DNA from: Octopus sinensis
Taxonomy: Eukaryota
NCBI RefSeq assembly: GCF_006345805.1
Contig: NC_042997.1
Location: 132,990,001 to 133,054,000, forward strand
Length of the DNA stretch: 64,000 nt
Reading direction: 5' to 3'
In this document: positions 13,374 through 26,308 of the stretch, one piece after another
Layout of the letters: every line of letters begins with the position of its first letter
How positions within the stretch are numbered: the first letter of the stretch is position 1
Program-made: the position numbers and the translations under genes
Notes under the pieces: model-generated
Databases searched by the model: none
The model's input: only the letters and a program-made list of their open reading frames with translations
What the model was told of the DNA's origin: nothing

Positions 13374-13405
<32 letters not shown>

Positions 13406-13479
13406 TATACATATATATATACCACATATGCATAAATATATATACATATATGTGGATATATATATATATATATATAATT

Positions 13480-13819
13480 AATCAATATAGGGTGGCAAAA
13501 AATTTTGTAGAATTTTTTTGCCACCAGCGGCCTAGTGGGAAAAAATTAAATAGTCATAGACCATTTTTAAGTTCAACATCACAATCAAGGAACGCCATAA
13601 TAGCCATTCACCCACTAGAAATAACAGCCAAAGCTTCAACCGCAAAATAACATTAATTCCGTAACCAGGAGAAAATTAAAAAACCAGGAGAAAATTAAAA
13701 AATTACAGGGTAAATGTTTTTTAATTTTCTCCTGGTTTACGGATTAATGTTATTTTGCGGTTGAAGCTTTGGCTGTTATTTCTAGTGGGTGAATGGCCTA
13801 TTATGGCCGTTCCTTGATT

Positions 13820-13823
<4 letters not shown>
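13480..13823. mobile_element. Short, diverged fold-back copy of family H1 lacking the hammerhead
   Basis: aatcaatatagggtggcaaaaaa...accaggagaaaattaaaa, then inverted attacagggtaaatg...ggccgttccttgattgtga; inside (AT)n. Confidence 0.8.
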
Positions 13824-13861
<38 letters not shown>

Positions 13862-14329
13862 CTATATATATATATATATAAAATATATAGATATATACGC
13901 ACATATATATACGTATACATACATACGTATATATACATATACACATATATATATACATATATACATATATATATACATGCACACACACACACACATATAT
14001 ATATATACATATATATACATACATAAATACATATAGATACACAGATATATGTATATACATATAGATGCATATATATACACATGTACATATAAATATATAT
14101 ATATATACACACACGCATATATATACATATATATATACATACACATATATATGCATATATAAATATACATATATATGTACATACATAAATATGGATACAT
14201 ATATATTCATATATATATATATATATAAATATATATATATATTATTATATATATACATATATATTCACACACACACATGCATATACATATACATGTTGTA
14301 TGTATATACAATGCACACACGCGTGCACA

Positions 14330-14365
<36 letters not shown>

Positions 14366-15400
14366 TGTGTGTATGTATGTATTTGAACTGTGATGCCAAT
14401 AATTATATAAGATTTCCTCGAGTGCAAACAGATTGATATGGACAATTTTGAATGTTATTAATATCCGAGTGTATAAGTATATATTGCTATATTGAGGAAA
14501 TATAAGTTTGCGTTTATGGAAATATTTGAAATCTCACATGTTTCACAACAATATTGAAATCAAGTAAGTTGTAATCAAGTACCAACGAATGGTTTTTCAA
14601 TGAGGTAGGTGGTATAATCAAGTTAAATTGACGTCTGTATATTATTGGCGAGAGTGCACTCGACCGGGTCGATAGATAAACGAACAATCTACTGATAGTT
14701 CTGCAGTTCACATCCTTTGCTAGTAGTCAAATTTAAGACCCGTCTAATTCAGTCCACCAAAAATTTGGTTAGAACAACTTGCCGTTGTAAGTAGCTACAG
14801 GAATATTGTTAAATTCCTTGCAACCAATATTTAAAAAAATAAATAAATGAGCCTAATTTAAAGCCTAGCCAGGCTCATGGGCCCGGTTTCTATGGCGTAT
14901 GTGTTCCTCAGCTGGACGGGACGCCAGTCTACCGCAGCGTTACTCATTTTTGCCAGCTGAGTGGACTGGAGCAACGTGAAATGAAGTGTTTTGCTCAAAA
15001 ACACAACACGTCGCCCGGTCTAGGAATCGAAACCACAATCTTACGATCATGATGCTGACACCCTAACCACTAAGCCACGCGCCTCCACACAACCACTATT
15101 ATGATCAGATATTTACAAAAACTTCTAATTTTGCTGCTGCTGACGATCGCATTCATTTTTGTTGAAGTTAATATTAAAAACGTTATATCAGAGGAGAAAA
15201 ATTTAAATACCTCACCTGGTTGGAAGAAATTAACAAGATCCAGCTACAGCACAGTAGAATTACCAGGAGGCCAGTTAGTTTGCAGTGTTAAATTTAACTC
15301 TTCCATTGTGGCTGGAGAGGAAGGAACTCTAGAGTTCTGAATCATTTTAGAATGTTTGCCCGTATTGGTGCGATTCTTCATTGGATTTGGTTGACGATTA

Positions 15401-15586
15401 GGCGTAGGGGTGGCTGTCTGGTTAGTAGCTTACTTACGAACCACATGGTTCCGGGTTCAGCCCCACTGCGTGGCACTTTGGGCAAGTATCTTCTACTATA
15501 GCCTCGAGCCGACCAAAGCCTTGTGAGTGGTTTGGTAGACGGAAACTGAAAGAAGCTCGTTGTATGTATATATATAATATAATATA

Positions 15587-15635
<49 letters not shown>

Positions 15636-15866
15636 GTGTGTGTGTGTGTGTTTGTGTTCTGTGTTTGTCCCACCAACATCGCTTGACAACCGATGCTGGT
15701 GTGTTTACGTCCCCGTAACTTAGCGATTCGGCAAAAGAGACCGATAGATAAGTACTAGGCTTACAAAGAATAAGCCCTGGGGTCGATTTGCTCGACTAAA
15801 GGCGGTGCTCCAGCATGGCCGAAGTCAAATGACTGAAATAAGTAAAAGAGTAAAACAGTAAAGAGA
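15401..15866 (+). mobile_element. Full-length SINE family S2 with internal (TA)n(TG)n
   Basis: tRNA-like head (gtggctgt..ggt, ggttcagcccc), ttgggcaagt block, central microsatellite, tail ggcggtgctccagcatggcc..tgactgaaataagtaaaagagtaaaa. Other copies near 21790-22100(+), 22570-22950(-), 25490-25880(+), 28730-29110(-), 29870-30040(-), 33205-33620(-), 42060-42510(-), 43070-43430(-) and 53980-54150(-). Confidence 0.85.
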
Positions 15867-18297
15867 TTCTAATTGCTGGAAGACGCTTCAATAATAAGCA
15901 ATGGCAACTGTAAACCCTGATATATTCCAATAAGGCTCACCGTAAAGGAGATTCCCGCGACATATCTAGTGCCAATATAAAATGTTACATTCCATTACTC
16001 TTCTGGGTGGAGAGAAACATCAACAATATGAAGGAGTTAGTTATATTACAAGAGCTGATATCGGTTTAATCCAAAACGACCCTCGTTTATAGGCCGCCCT
16101 CTTGCAGAAGTCACACTGCGAGTTATATCACCATGGGTTTTTCTGAACAGAAAGATACCTAAGTTATTTCACTTAAGTCATCCGTCCCCAGAATAACGAA
16201 AGTGAGAGACAAAGTGCGATTCGAAATGTAAAATCGACTTTGACGAGAATTGAAAGTACATCAAGTAAAGGGAAATAACTAGGTGTTGTAGATAATTCGA
16301 TCTGTTGTTCTACCGATACTGCTCTCTACAGCTTCAAAGCAAATGAAAGAAACGAAATATTTCAACATTAATAGTTTATTTCGATTCAGCAAACGGCATT
16401 GTAGTTTAGAAGTAATTAAAAATGGGAAACTGTGATGTTCATATTTTTCGAAGGCTAAACATGTAATTGGTGGAACTTCGTCGGAGGCTTTCCCTGGCGA
16501 CTAAACTCATTATTCTTTTGAAGCTCTTTATTATTTCAACAACACCGATAAACAGGTCAATACTTTCCTCGATTTTTAACCTCATCATAAGAAGAAAAAT
16601 GTTTTAATATTTACACTTACACAAAATTCATATCCACACAATGAAATTTACATCTATAAGGGTTTGTATGAATGTATCCTCACAGTTAATATTTACACCT
16701 AGGCGATATTTACATTTATAATGCAAATGTAAATATTTAAATTGTTTCATCTTTGAAGATGAGGTTAATACGTTCGAACAACGATAATTGTATTAACAAT
16801 AATTCCTCTGAGTCATTGAAGCATTTAGAGTGTTAATGTTTGCTACTGAGGCACAATTATTGGCTGAGACGATTGACACCTTCTTTTCGGTATCCCTTCC
16901 TATTCTATTAGAAAGAAAAAAAGGTTAGACATTATTTTATGTAACTCCCTACGAGATTGAAATACAATTAGAGTCCTTTGAAGAATGAATTTATTTGCTC
17001 GGACTATAACACACAAACCAATCCAAAGAGACATTCTTCAGCTACACATCAGTATTATTATCGTTTCATTTTATTAAAAGCGATGGACGGCAGATTAGTA
17101 GAATCGTTAAAGCATCAGACAAACTGCTTTGAAATATTTCTTCCGATTTGCGCTCCAATCTCGCTAAGGACAATTTTTGCCTTTCACCCCTTCGAGATCG
17201 ATAAAATAAAGTATAATTCAAGCACTGGGGTAGATGGTATCGTCTAACTCCATACCCTCTTATCTGGCTTTGTTCCTAAATCAAAAACAGTTATTTTACA
17301 TTTGGTGTGTTGGAAGAAATATACCATGCGGAAGAACTTTTTTTGTTCCCTGTGTTCTGGTTTCAAATCCTATGAGGCTAATTTTGACTTTCCTCTCTTC
17401 AAGGATGATGAAATAAAGTATCAGTCAAGTACTGAGTCGAAGGTATCGATACTTCCCATCCCTTCTAAATTTCCAGCCGCAATAAAACAGAAACAATTAT
17501 TTTATTATATTAAGTAGTCACGGAGTTCTACTCTACTGCTGTTTTCATTTAGAGGCAGGAGATCCCCGATTAAAAATATTCCAGTCGCAAACAACCAGAA
17601 TACAGTAAACAACCAATGAACGGTATATCCATGGCGATATTATCAAATTTAACTGTATTATCTTTTTTTGGTGCCTATAAATATTTGCTGATGTTTCTAG
17701 CAAATTGGAAGACCCAGTAAATTAGCCACATGAATTAACTAACATAAAACGAGCCAATGGGAGAGGCTGATTTTCATTAGTTCGCCCTGATGTTAATTTT
17801 AGGCTGTGTTTAAAGAAGCCTTTTAATTAAGATGCTGTTCTTAATCTAAGAGTAAAAGGAGAACATCAGACAAAGGTGAAAACATGGCAGAGAATTAATC
17901 AAATAGATAATTAAAAGAAATCAATAGTTTTACCTTATAACTTGACCTACTTTGTATAATCAGCACGGCGGCGGATAATACTTGAGATAGACTGGAAGAT
18001 TATCAGTTGGAGGTAGGACAGTTATTGATGCTAATTAGGTTATGTCTGTCTGACTGTCTGCCTGCATATCCGAAAAAGATTTTCAGCAAAAAAAAAACAA
18101 ACAACCAAAAAACAAAACAAAAAAACAAAACAAAAACAAAAACAAAATCCAGACAAAAAGAAAAACAAAGAAAGTACAAAGTAATTTTGCGCTTTAAGGA
18201 AGAAACAGATCTGATTCGGTATGTACGAATGAGATGGAAGTGTTAGTGGTGGTGGCGGTGGCGAGAGAATCTCAGGGATGCCAGCTTCATTAAAACT

Positions 18298-18328
<31 letters not shown>

Positions 18329-19697
18329 TAGTGTTTATGCATGAGTGTATGCATATGTGTGTGAGTATGAAGATCGTGTATATGCTTCTGCGTACGTATT
18401 TAAATATGTATGAGCGAAGCATCGATGTGATCCAAAAAGATTGAATGTGAAACTTAACATCTGGACATATGCAAACTGCCATTCTGTGAAAGATGTTTCA
18501 AGCTACATAAGACTGCGATCCTATTGGTTTATAAAGGAATTCTTGTTCTCGGTAACGAGGAGGTTATGTAATAGTATGAATTTGATTGAAGTTGTTTGTT
18601 GTGAGAATGGTCAGTTATTATATTTCAGTAAGTCAACAAGCATCCTACATCCCATATCCTATGTTGCAGTTGTTTGCTCGGTAGTCTGTGGATTCTCGTA
18701 ACAAAAGAACTTGTAACGAATTGATCCTCACTCTGAAAAACCTGCACCAGATAGTCTTTCCAGTTAACTATATTGCAACAACCCATGCACTCATGCATGT
18801 GTTCCCCCAGAAACGAGGGAAACTTGATGTAGTCGTTTGAATATTGGAAATGACAACTAAACTTTCTTCACATCACACACAACCCTCTTATATAAGGAAA
18901 CGACACAAATAAAACCTATATACTGTTAAAACCTATTTCTTTACTACCCACAAGGGGCCAAACACAGAGAGGACAAACAAACGGATTAATTCGATTATAT
19001 CGACCTCAGTGCGTAACTGGTACTTATCTAATCGACCCCGAACGGATGAAAGGCAAAGTCGACCTCGGCGGAATCTGAACTCAGAACGTAACGCCCGGCG
19101 TGCTAACGTTTCTGCCAGCTGTTAAAACCACAAGATAATCTGCGTTGGGAAGGCTCTGATTTTAGATCTACCATCAAAGTACACATTTGACTACTTCTGA
19201 CTATCATCTAATCGCACAGTATCCTCTCTCTCTACGGTCCACTCAGGTACAGTCAGCTAAATTACTGTCTCCTTCATCTCTATGCCGACTTCTCTTAGAA
19301 GTAATAGTGTTCCATTGGTGGCACGTCGAGTCACTAAACAATGGAATTAACAGAAACCATCGCAGTATATATCACTCTGTCACGTATACAAAAAGCATCC
19401 ACATATGCCAAAGAGGGATCTTCTATGTGAAAAAATAAGAAAGGAGCTCCTAAGCGATCTGTTAGAAATGGTACCTAAGTCACTTTCAAATCATACCAAA
19501 CGCAATAAATAAATAAATAAATAAAGACATTAATGTTGTCTGATATGCCCTTTCACACATTGGACTACGGCTACGGTGTCGAACAAATCAATCCTACGAA
19601 CTAATTCTTTTAAAGTCTGGTGCTAACTTTCCCCGTCTCTTTTGCCAGACTGCTATGTTACGATGACATAAACTAATCAACACCGGTTTAGAAGCAC

Positions 19698-19755
<58 letters not shown>

Positions 19756-20073
19756 ACACACATACATATGCATGCATATATACATACACTGAACTGGTTG
19801 ACATGAACAATACAGTGGGTATTTGTAGATAATTTGGTCTGCATTTCTATAAATTGTTCCTCCTGGCATTAATTGTGTGCGTGTGTACTGTTTCCTAGGG
19901 TTTTATCGTATATCACTGATTTAGCCTCGAGTGTTTGTAAATTGGTGTAATTTGTGAAGCGTATTTGTAAATGATTTGATATCTGTTTTGTACGTAACTT
20001 CTTTTGTGCTCGGGCTGTGTACGTCTGATATTAGTGCGTATGTATTTTACGTATATGTATGTGAAGGTATAGT

Positions 20074-20705
20074 TTGCATCATGCCACACCACACCACACC
20101 ACACACCACCACACACTACCACACCACACACCACAACACAACACACATCACCACACCACACCGCAACACCATACCATCACACCACAACACACAATACACC
20201 ACACAACACCACACCACACCACCACACCACATCGCACCATCCTGCGCACACTAGCATTGACCACTTCCCAGCACCTACACCACACCATGCCACATCCCAC
20301 CACATCATACCACCCCGCATACACTAGCACTGACCACTTCCACGCACCCACTCCATCATACGCACACCTACACTTTCACACACCCAAACATGCACACATA
20401 CGACCTCACATAAATAACGCACGCGCACCTTCGTTTTGGGATCACCACTATTTTATTATCTTCCCTTATTCATAGCTCCCATGTCTGACCACCTCTGTCC
20501 AGCCATCGCCATAATCGCTCGCTAGTCACTAAACCTTTTTTAAAATTCTCTCTGTTTATTTTCTCGTGTTCCTTTCTGTTGAAGAGCTTAGGCTCGAAAT
20601 GTAAAAGACTATCTCACCTTCCCGAGCGTTAAACTAATATATCTGTTTGTTGTTTACACACCTGTCTTCGTCTTTTGTTGTTTTTTCTTGTAAATTCCAA
20701 CTACA
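20074..20705 (+). mobile_element. C/A-rich cryptic repeat followed by an H3-related terminus (possible PLE 3' end)
   Basis: (CACAC/CAC)n tract, then CTTT-CTGTTGA-A-GAGC ttag GCTC-GAAAT-GTA-AAAG at 20572-20607 and downstream GAGCGTT shared with segment B. Confidence 0.45.
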
Positions 20706-20743
20706 TTTATGAATACATACATATACATACGCACGCCGAAAAA

Positions 20744-20784
<41 letters not shown>

Positions 20785-23479
20785 TCGCCACACACGCGTC
20801 TATCAGCTATACATGATCATTTTCATTTGATGGCGTTTTTAATATTAAATTCAGTAAATTCAACTTATCTTAATTCAGCACAGATTAATTTATTAATACT
20901 GTTTCTTTGCAAGTGATAAACTAAGAGTTTGTAGACAGCACAGAAATGATAGTACCCAGCTAACAAATGAGTTGTTAAGCAAACACACAAAAACAACTAG
21001 ATCATAGTGTTGAAGATGCTCTCTTAATAAACAGTGAGTTTGTTGTCTACGTAGAAAGCTTAACAATGAGTAGCTTTGTTAATTTCATAAATGTAGGTAG
21101 CTTTTATTGTTGATGATACTCATTGAAGACGTTTGTTGTCAAGAAAAACACGTACAGAATTGAATGCGAAATAAAAGACAAGTCAATGAAAGAGCCTTTA
21201 TATGGCCAAGCTAATCCCTCTCAAACTATACCCTATTGTTGCGAAAAGATAAGTGGACAGCGAAATCAGGATATTCACAGGTAGATTAATTCTACTTGCT
21301 CATGCTGTCATCGGATAAACATTGAAACATATTAGATATATGTCGTGTTAAAATTAATCAAAAATCGGTATACAATCTACAACGAATACAAGTTCAATTA
21401 TCTTTCGTTTAAATAACGTTCTTAAACTGCCCAAAAAATTTTCGCACATGTAAACGTCGCCCTTTTTAAGCTTAGCCAGGCTCATGGACCCGGTTTCCCG
21501 GATTCTGTGGCGTATGTGGTCCCCCCAGCTGGACGGGGCGCAAGTCCATCGCAGCGATACTCAAGAAACAGGAAGAGAGAGTGAGAGAAAGTTGTGGCGA
21601 AAGAGTACGACAGGTGTCCCCACCACCCCCTTCCAGAGCATCGTGGAGCTTTTTTATGTGTTTTCGCTCAATAAACACACACAACACCCGATCTGAGAAT
21701 CGAAACCGCGATCCTCCGACCGCGAATCCGCTACCCTAACCACTGGGCCATTGCGCCTCCACTTCGCACATGAAAGCGTAAGTAGAAAATATTTTGTGAA
21801 AAATGTTGGCTGTGTGATTGAGAAGGTCGCTTCGCAACCAAATGGTTTCTGATTCAGTCCTGATGCTCGTCACCTTTGGTAAGTGTCTTCTACTATATCC
21901 TCGGGCTTTGTGAGTGAATATGGTCGACAGAAACTGTACAAGCCCGTTGTTTGTTTGTTTGTTTGTTTGTGTGTGTGTGTGTTTCTGTTTGTCCCTCACC
22001 ACTTGACAATCGGTGTTGGTTTGTTTACGTCTGGTAACTTAGCGATCTGCAAAAAAATAAATAAATAAATAAATAAAAACGATAGAATACTAAAATGAGT
22101 TTGAAGTGTTCAATGAAATCAGGCATGGGAATCCTGTTACGAGAAGCGGGCTGCATAAAAACATGTTTCATAATCAGACAGGCATCACTTCTAAAAAAAA
22201 AAAAATCATGGTAATTTCTCGCTCGTTGGGTGTGCATTTCAGAAATTTCGCGGGCCGCAGTTTGCCAATGCATGGATTAAAACCTACAAAGTGGTAATCC
22301 AGTATTGGCGCAGTCTAATGACTGAAACCAATAAAAACGTATGTCACGACACTAACTGAGCAAAGAAAGCACTACACTGTGTGTACATCCATAGAATATT
22401 GAATAAAGGGTTCAGTAGATGCCTCTTCAACAGCAATGGAGGTGACGGAGGTGGTGGAGAACGGCTTAGTATAAGTGATAGCAAATAACAAGTTCATAAG
22501 GAACTATGGGAGCGAATTTCTGCTGAAATAAAAATGATTCTTCAATTTTATGAATTTCTTGGTATGGCATTTATACTCTTTTACACTCTTTTTACTCTTT
22601 TACTCTCTTTTTACTCTTTTACTCTTTTTTTACTCTTTTACTTGTTTCAGTCATTTGACTGCGGCCGTACTGGAGCACTGCCTTTAGTCGAGTAACTCGA
22701 CCCCAGGACTTATTCTTTGTAAGCCTAGTACTTATTCTATCGGTCTCTTTTGCCGAACCGCTAAGTTGCGGGGACGCATACACACTAGCATCGGTTGTCA
22801 AGTGATGTTGGGGGGACAAACACAGACACACAAACATATACACACACACACATACATACATATATATAAATACATATATACGACGGGCTTCTTTCAGTTT
22901 CTGTCTAGCAAATCCACTCACAAGGCTTTGGTCGGCCCGAGGCTACAGTATTAATGCTAAGGTTGAAAAAGTTTTCATTTTTCCATGTGGGTTTTTTATA
23001 CATTTCTTGTGAGAAAAATTCAAAATTTTGAAGTGAGTGAGGGGTTCCACAACCGTTCTACAGCTTAGCTTTAAAATGGAACTTCTTCGACTCTAGGTTC
23101 ATAATTTAGGTTGTAATTGTTTAACCGCAACTTAACCCTATTGATTAAATCTATGATTAACGGCATTCCAGCTTTGACCATCCCGCTTCTTTGCATATAT
23201 AGCACTAAATCATTCGTTGTGTGTTTGAATTTTTAAGACGGTAGGATGTAGTTTGGGCGAGATATAGCAGCTGCTTCTAGCTAGTTGAAGATGGTGGAAA
23301 CCACATCAGTGATTCTGTTCAGCTGATGAGGTCACCGTTATTAATGCAGAGATATATTTGCATATTCCAGCTGTCGTTTCACTGTACGTCAACACTGATC
23401 GAATAGACTTTATGACTAAACGTGCTCCAACTATGACCATCCAATTCAATTCTCTAACACTGTTTATAGCGGAACTGGT

Positions 23480-23795
23480 ACTCCGTCGGCTACAAAGACG
23501 ATGGTTCCAGTTAATCTCATCAACAGACCAGTCTGCTCGCGAAATTAACGTGCATGTGGCTGAGAGCTCCACAGACACGTGTACCCTTAATGTAGTAGTC
23601 AGGGAGATTCAGCGTGATACAGGGTGTGACAAGGCTGGCCATTTGAAATACAGGTACTACTTATTTTTGCCAACTGAGTGAACTGGAGCAACGTGAAATA
23701 AAGTGTCTTGCTCAAGGACACAATGCGCTGCCGGGAATTGAACTCACGATCTTACGATTGTGAACCGAATACCGTAACCACTAAGCCACACGTTT
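23480..23795 (-). mobile_element. tRNA-derived SINE
   Basis: Minus strand gtggcttagtggtta...gagttcaattcccggc...gtgtccttgagcaagacactttatttcacgttgctccag. Confidence 0.7.
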
Positions 23796-24269
23796 ATAGA
23801 CGACTTTATTGTTAAATGTGAGATTTCTTTTGTTAAACAGTAGAGTGTAATTTGAAAGGAAGTTAATTGTTATTCCTTGCACGTCCGGGGAGCTTGTATA
23901 GGTACTTATTTTTTATTATTGTTGTTTAAGTGAACTTATGACCAAAGCTATAACCAGTCATAGACATCTCATTTATTTACTGATTTGTAGAACTAAAATC
24001 TGAAAAATGTAAACGTCGCGTTGAGGGATTTTGGCTGCCGTTTCTAATATGTCCAGGATTACACTGAGCAGTGGTAAGCAAGCGTTGATGTGCAGGACAA
24101 GTCCAGCATGCCAACCAAAATTCTTCCTAGTGCAACCACTAAATGCAATTTTTCTTACAATCTAATATGGGTTTTAGATTTTGGCACAAGCGCAATAATT
24201 TCTGGAGAAATGGGAAAGTCGATTATATCAATCCCACTGCATAACTGCTACTTATTTTGTCGACCCCCA

Positions 24270-25190
24270 AGGGGATGAAATTTTGATTTCCAATTTTGGC
24301 ACAAGGCCAGCAGTTTTATGAGAGGGGACCAGTCGATTATATCGAACCAGTTCACAACTGGTACTTATTTTATGGAACCTAAAAGAAGGAAAGGCAAAGT
24401 CAACTTCGGTGGAATTTGGACTCAGAGAATAAAGACTGACGAAATGCCACTCAGTATTTCACCCGGCGTGCTAGGGATTCAGCCGGTTGGCCGCTTTGTC
24501 TTATAATATTTTCTACTCTAGGCACAAGGCCCGAAACTTTTGGAGAGGGGGCCAGTCGATTATATCGACCCCAGTACGCATCTGGTACTTAATTTATCGA
24601 CCCCATAAGTATGAAAGGCAAAGTCGACCTCGGCGGAATTTGAACTCAGAACGTAGCGGCAGACGAAATACTGCTAAGCATTTAGCCGGGCGTGCTAACG
24701 ATTCTGCCAGCTCGTCGCCTTTAAAAGGCAAAGTCGGATTCAGCGGCATTTGAACTCAGAACATAAAGACAGACGAAATACCCATTTCTTTACTACCCAC
24801 AAGGGGCTAAGCACAGAGAGGACAAACAAAGATAGACAAACGGATTAAGTTGATTATATCGACCCCAGTGCGTAACTGGTACTTATTTAATCGACCCCGA
24901 AAGGATGAAAGTCAAAGTCGACCTCGGCGGAATTTGAACTCAGAACGTAAAAAAATATTTCTATTTCTTTACTACCCACAAGGGGCTAAACATAGGGAGG
25001 ACAAACAATGACAGACAAACATATTAAGTCGATTATATCGACCCCAGTGCGTAACTGGTATTTAATTTATCGACCCCGAAAGGTTGAAAGGCAAAATCGA
25101 CCTCGACGGGATTTGAACTCACAACGTAAAGACGGACGCAATACCGCTAAGCATTTCACCCGGCGTGCTAACGCTTCTGCCAGCTCGCTG
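24270..25190 (-). mobile_element. Cluster of S1 SINEs including head-to-tail ~180-190-bp units
   Basis: Repeated atttctttactacccacaaggggctaa...gtcgacctcggcggaatttgaactcagaacgt. Similar arrays at 40070-40650, 57465-58070 and 63520-64000; single copies near 18925-19125, 32330-32480 and 32765-33000. Confidence 0.85.
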
Positions 25191-25890
25191 CGTTTTCTTA
25201 TAATATAGTTTACACTTTATCGTTAACTTCAACCAATATTTCAATATGCCATTGAAACCAATATTTCAATATGCAGTTCAAGAAAGCCTCTCGGCGTCTA
25301 ATACTCTCAAAAGACTGTCAGCTCAGACGTGTTATCAAGCAACTCTAATCAAGCGACGTAATATTTTCGTTGTGATTTAAGTTAAGAAAATTATATTAAG
25401 TGCATTAAATTTTTAAACATATTATTTAAATTTATGAAGTTATGTGTTCACACAATTTTAAAATATTCGCGGTGAAATCTGAGTTTTAGACGCTAGCACG
25501 GCTTGTGCGGTTAAGAAGCTAGCTTTGCAATCACGTCGTTTCGGTTTCTGTTCCACTGTACGACAGGGTGGGCAAATTTCTTCTACAATACAGCCAGCCC
25601 GACCAATGCTTTATGAATGAATTTGGTAGCCGGAAACCGAGTGGAAGCCCGTTGTGTATAATATAACCGTTTGTGTGTCTTTGTGCCTGTATTTGTCACC
25701 ATACACACCGCTCGACAACCATGTGGGTTTGTTTACACTCTCGTAGCTTAGCGGTTTGGCCCAAAGACCGATAGAATAAGTATCAGATTTTTGAAAACTG
25801 TTGTAAGTACTGCGAACGATTTGTTCCACTAAAACATAATATGACCGCAGTCCACTGACTGAAATAAGTAAATGATAAAAAATGAATTGC

Positions 25891-26308
25891 GGATCTTTTC
25901 GGTTTGAACGGCAGTTTTAACATAATTTCTAGGCAACTAAAAAATTTTAAACTTCGTATACTGGTAGAATGTGTTTATAAAACATCTTTTTCTCTTGGCT
26001 TTATTGAGAAAATGCTATACTTTGTAAGATATTTTTTTGTCTTTTTCTTCAATTTCTGCAATTTCAACCAATCAATGACGTCCATTGAGGTAAATAACAT
26101 TCTGTGGCGTATGAATATGTCCCTCGTTTAACAAACAGATTGGGTTTATTTACATTTGTGAAGAAAAAAAGATACCCTTCCCCTAACCCTAACTAACCCT
26201 AACCCTAAAACAGATTGAAATGCAATAGATCGATACTAGGGTCATAATTATGGGTTACAATTTCATATGATACCGCTAGAAAAACTGCCGTTCAAACCGA
26301 AAAGATCC
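25891..26308. mobile_element. MITE with 28-bp TIRs and perfect 8-bp TSD
   Basis: TIR ggatcttttcggtttgaacggcagtttt / aaaactgccgttcaaaccgaaaagatcc; tgaattgc at both 25883-25890 and 26309-26316; internal ccctaa repeats near 26180-26208. Confidence 0.92.

Noticed and set aside
15101-15340. 79-aa ORF with a hydrophobic signal-like N-terminus
   Set aside because: No recognisable domain, promoter or splice support; this length is expected by chance.
23320-23345. CTGATGAG core-like word
   Set aside because: No downstream GAAA or complementary stems.
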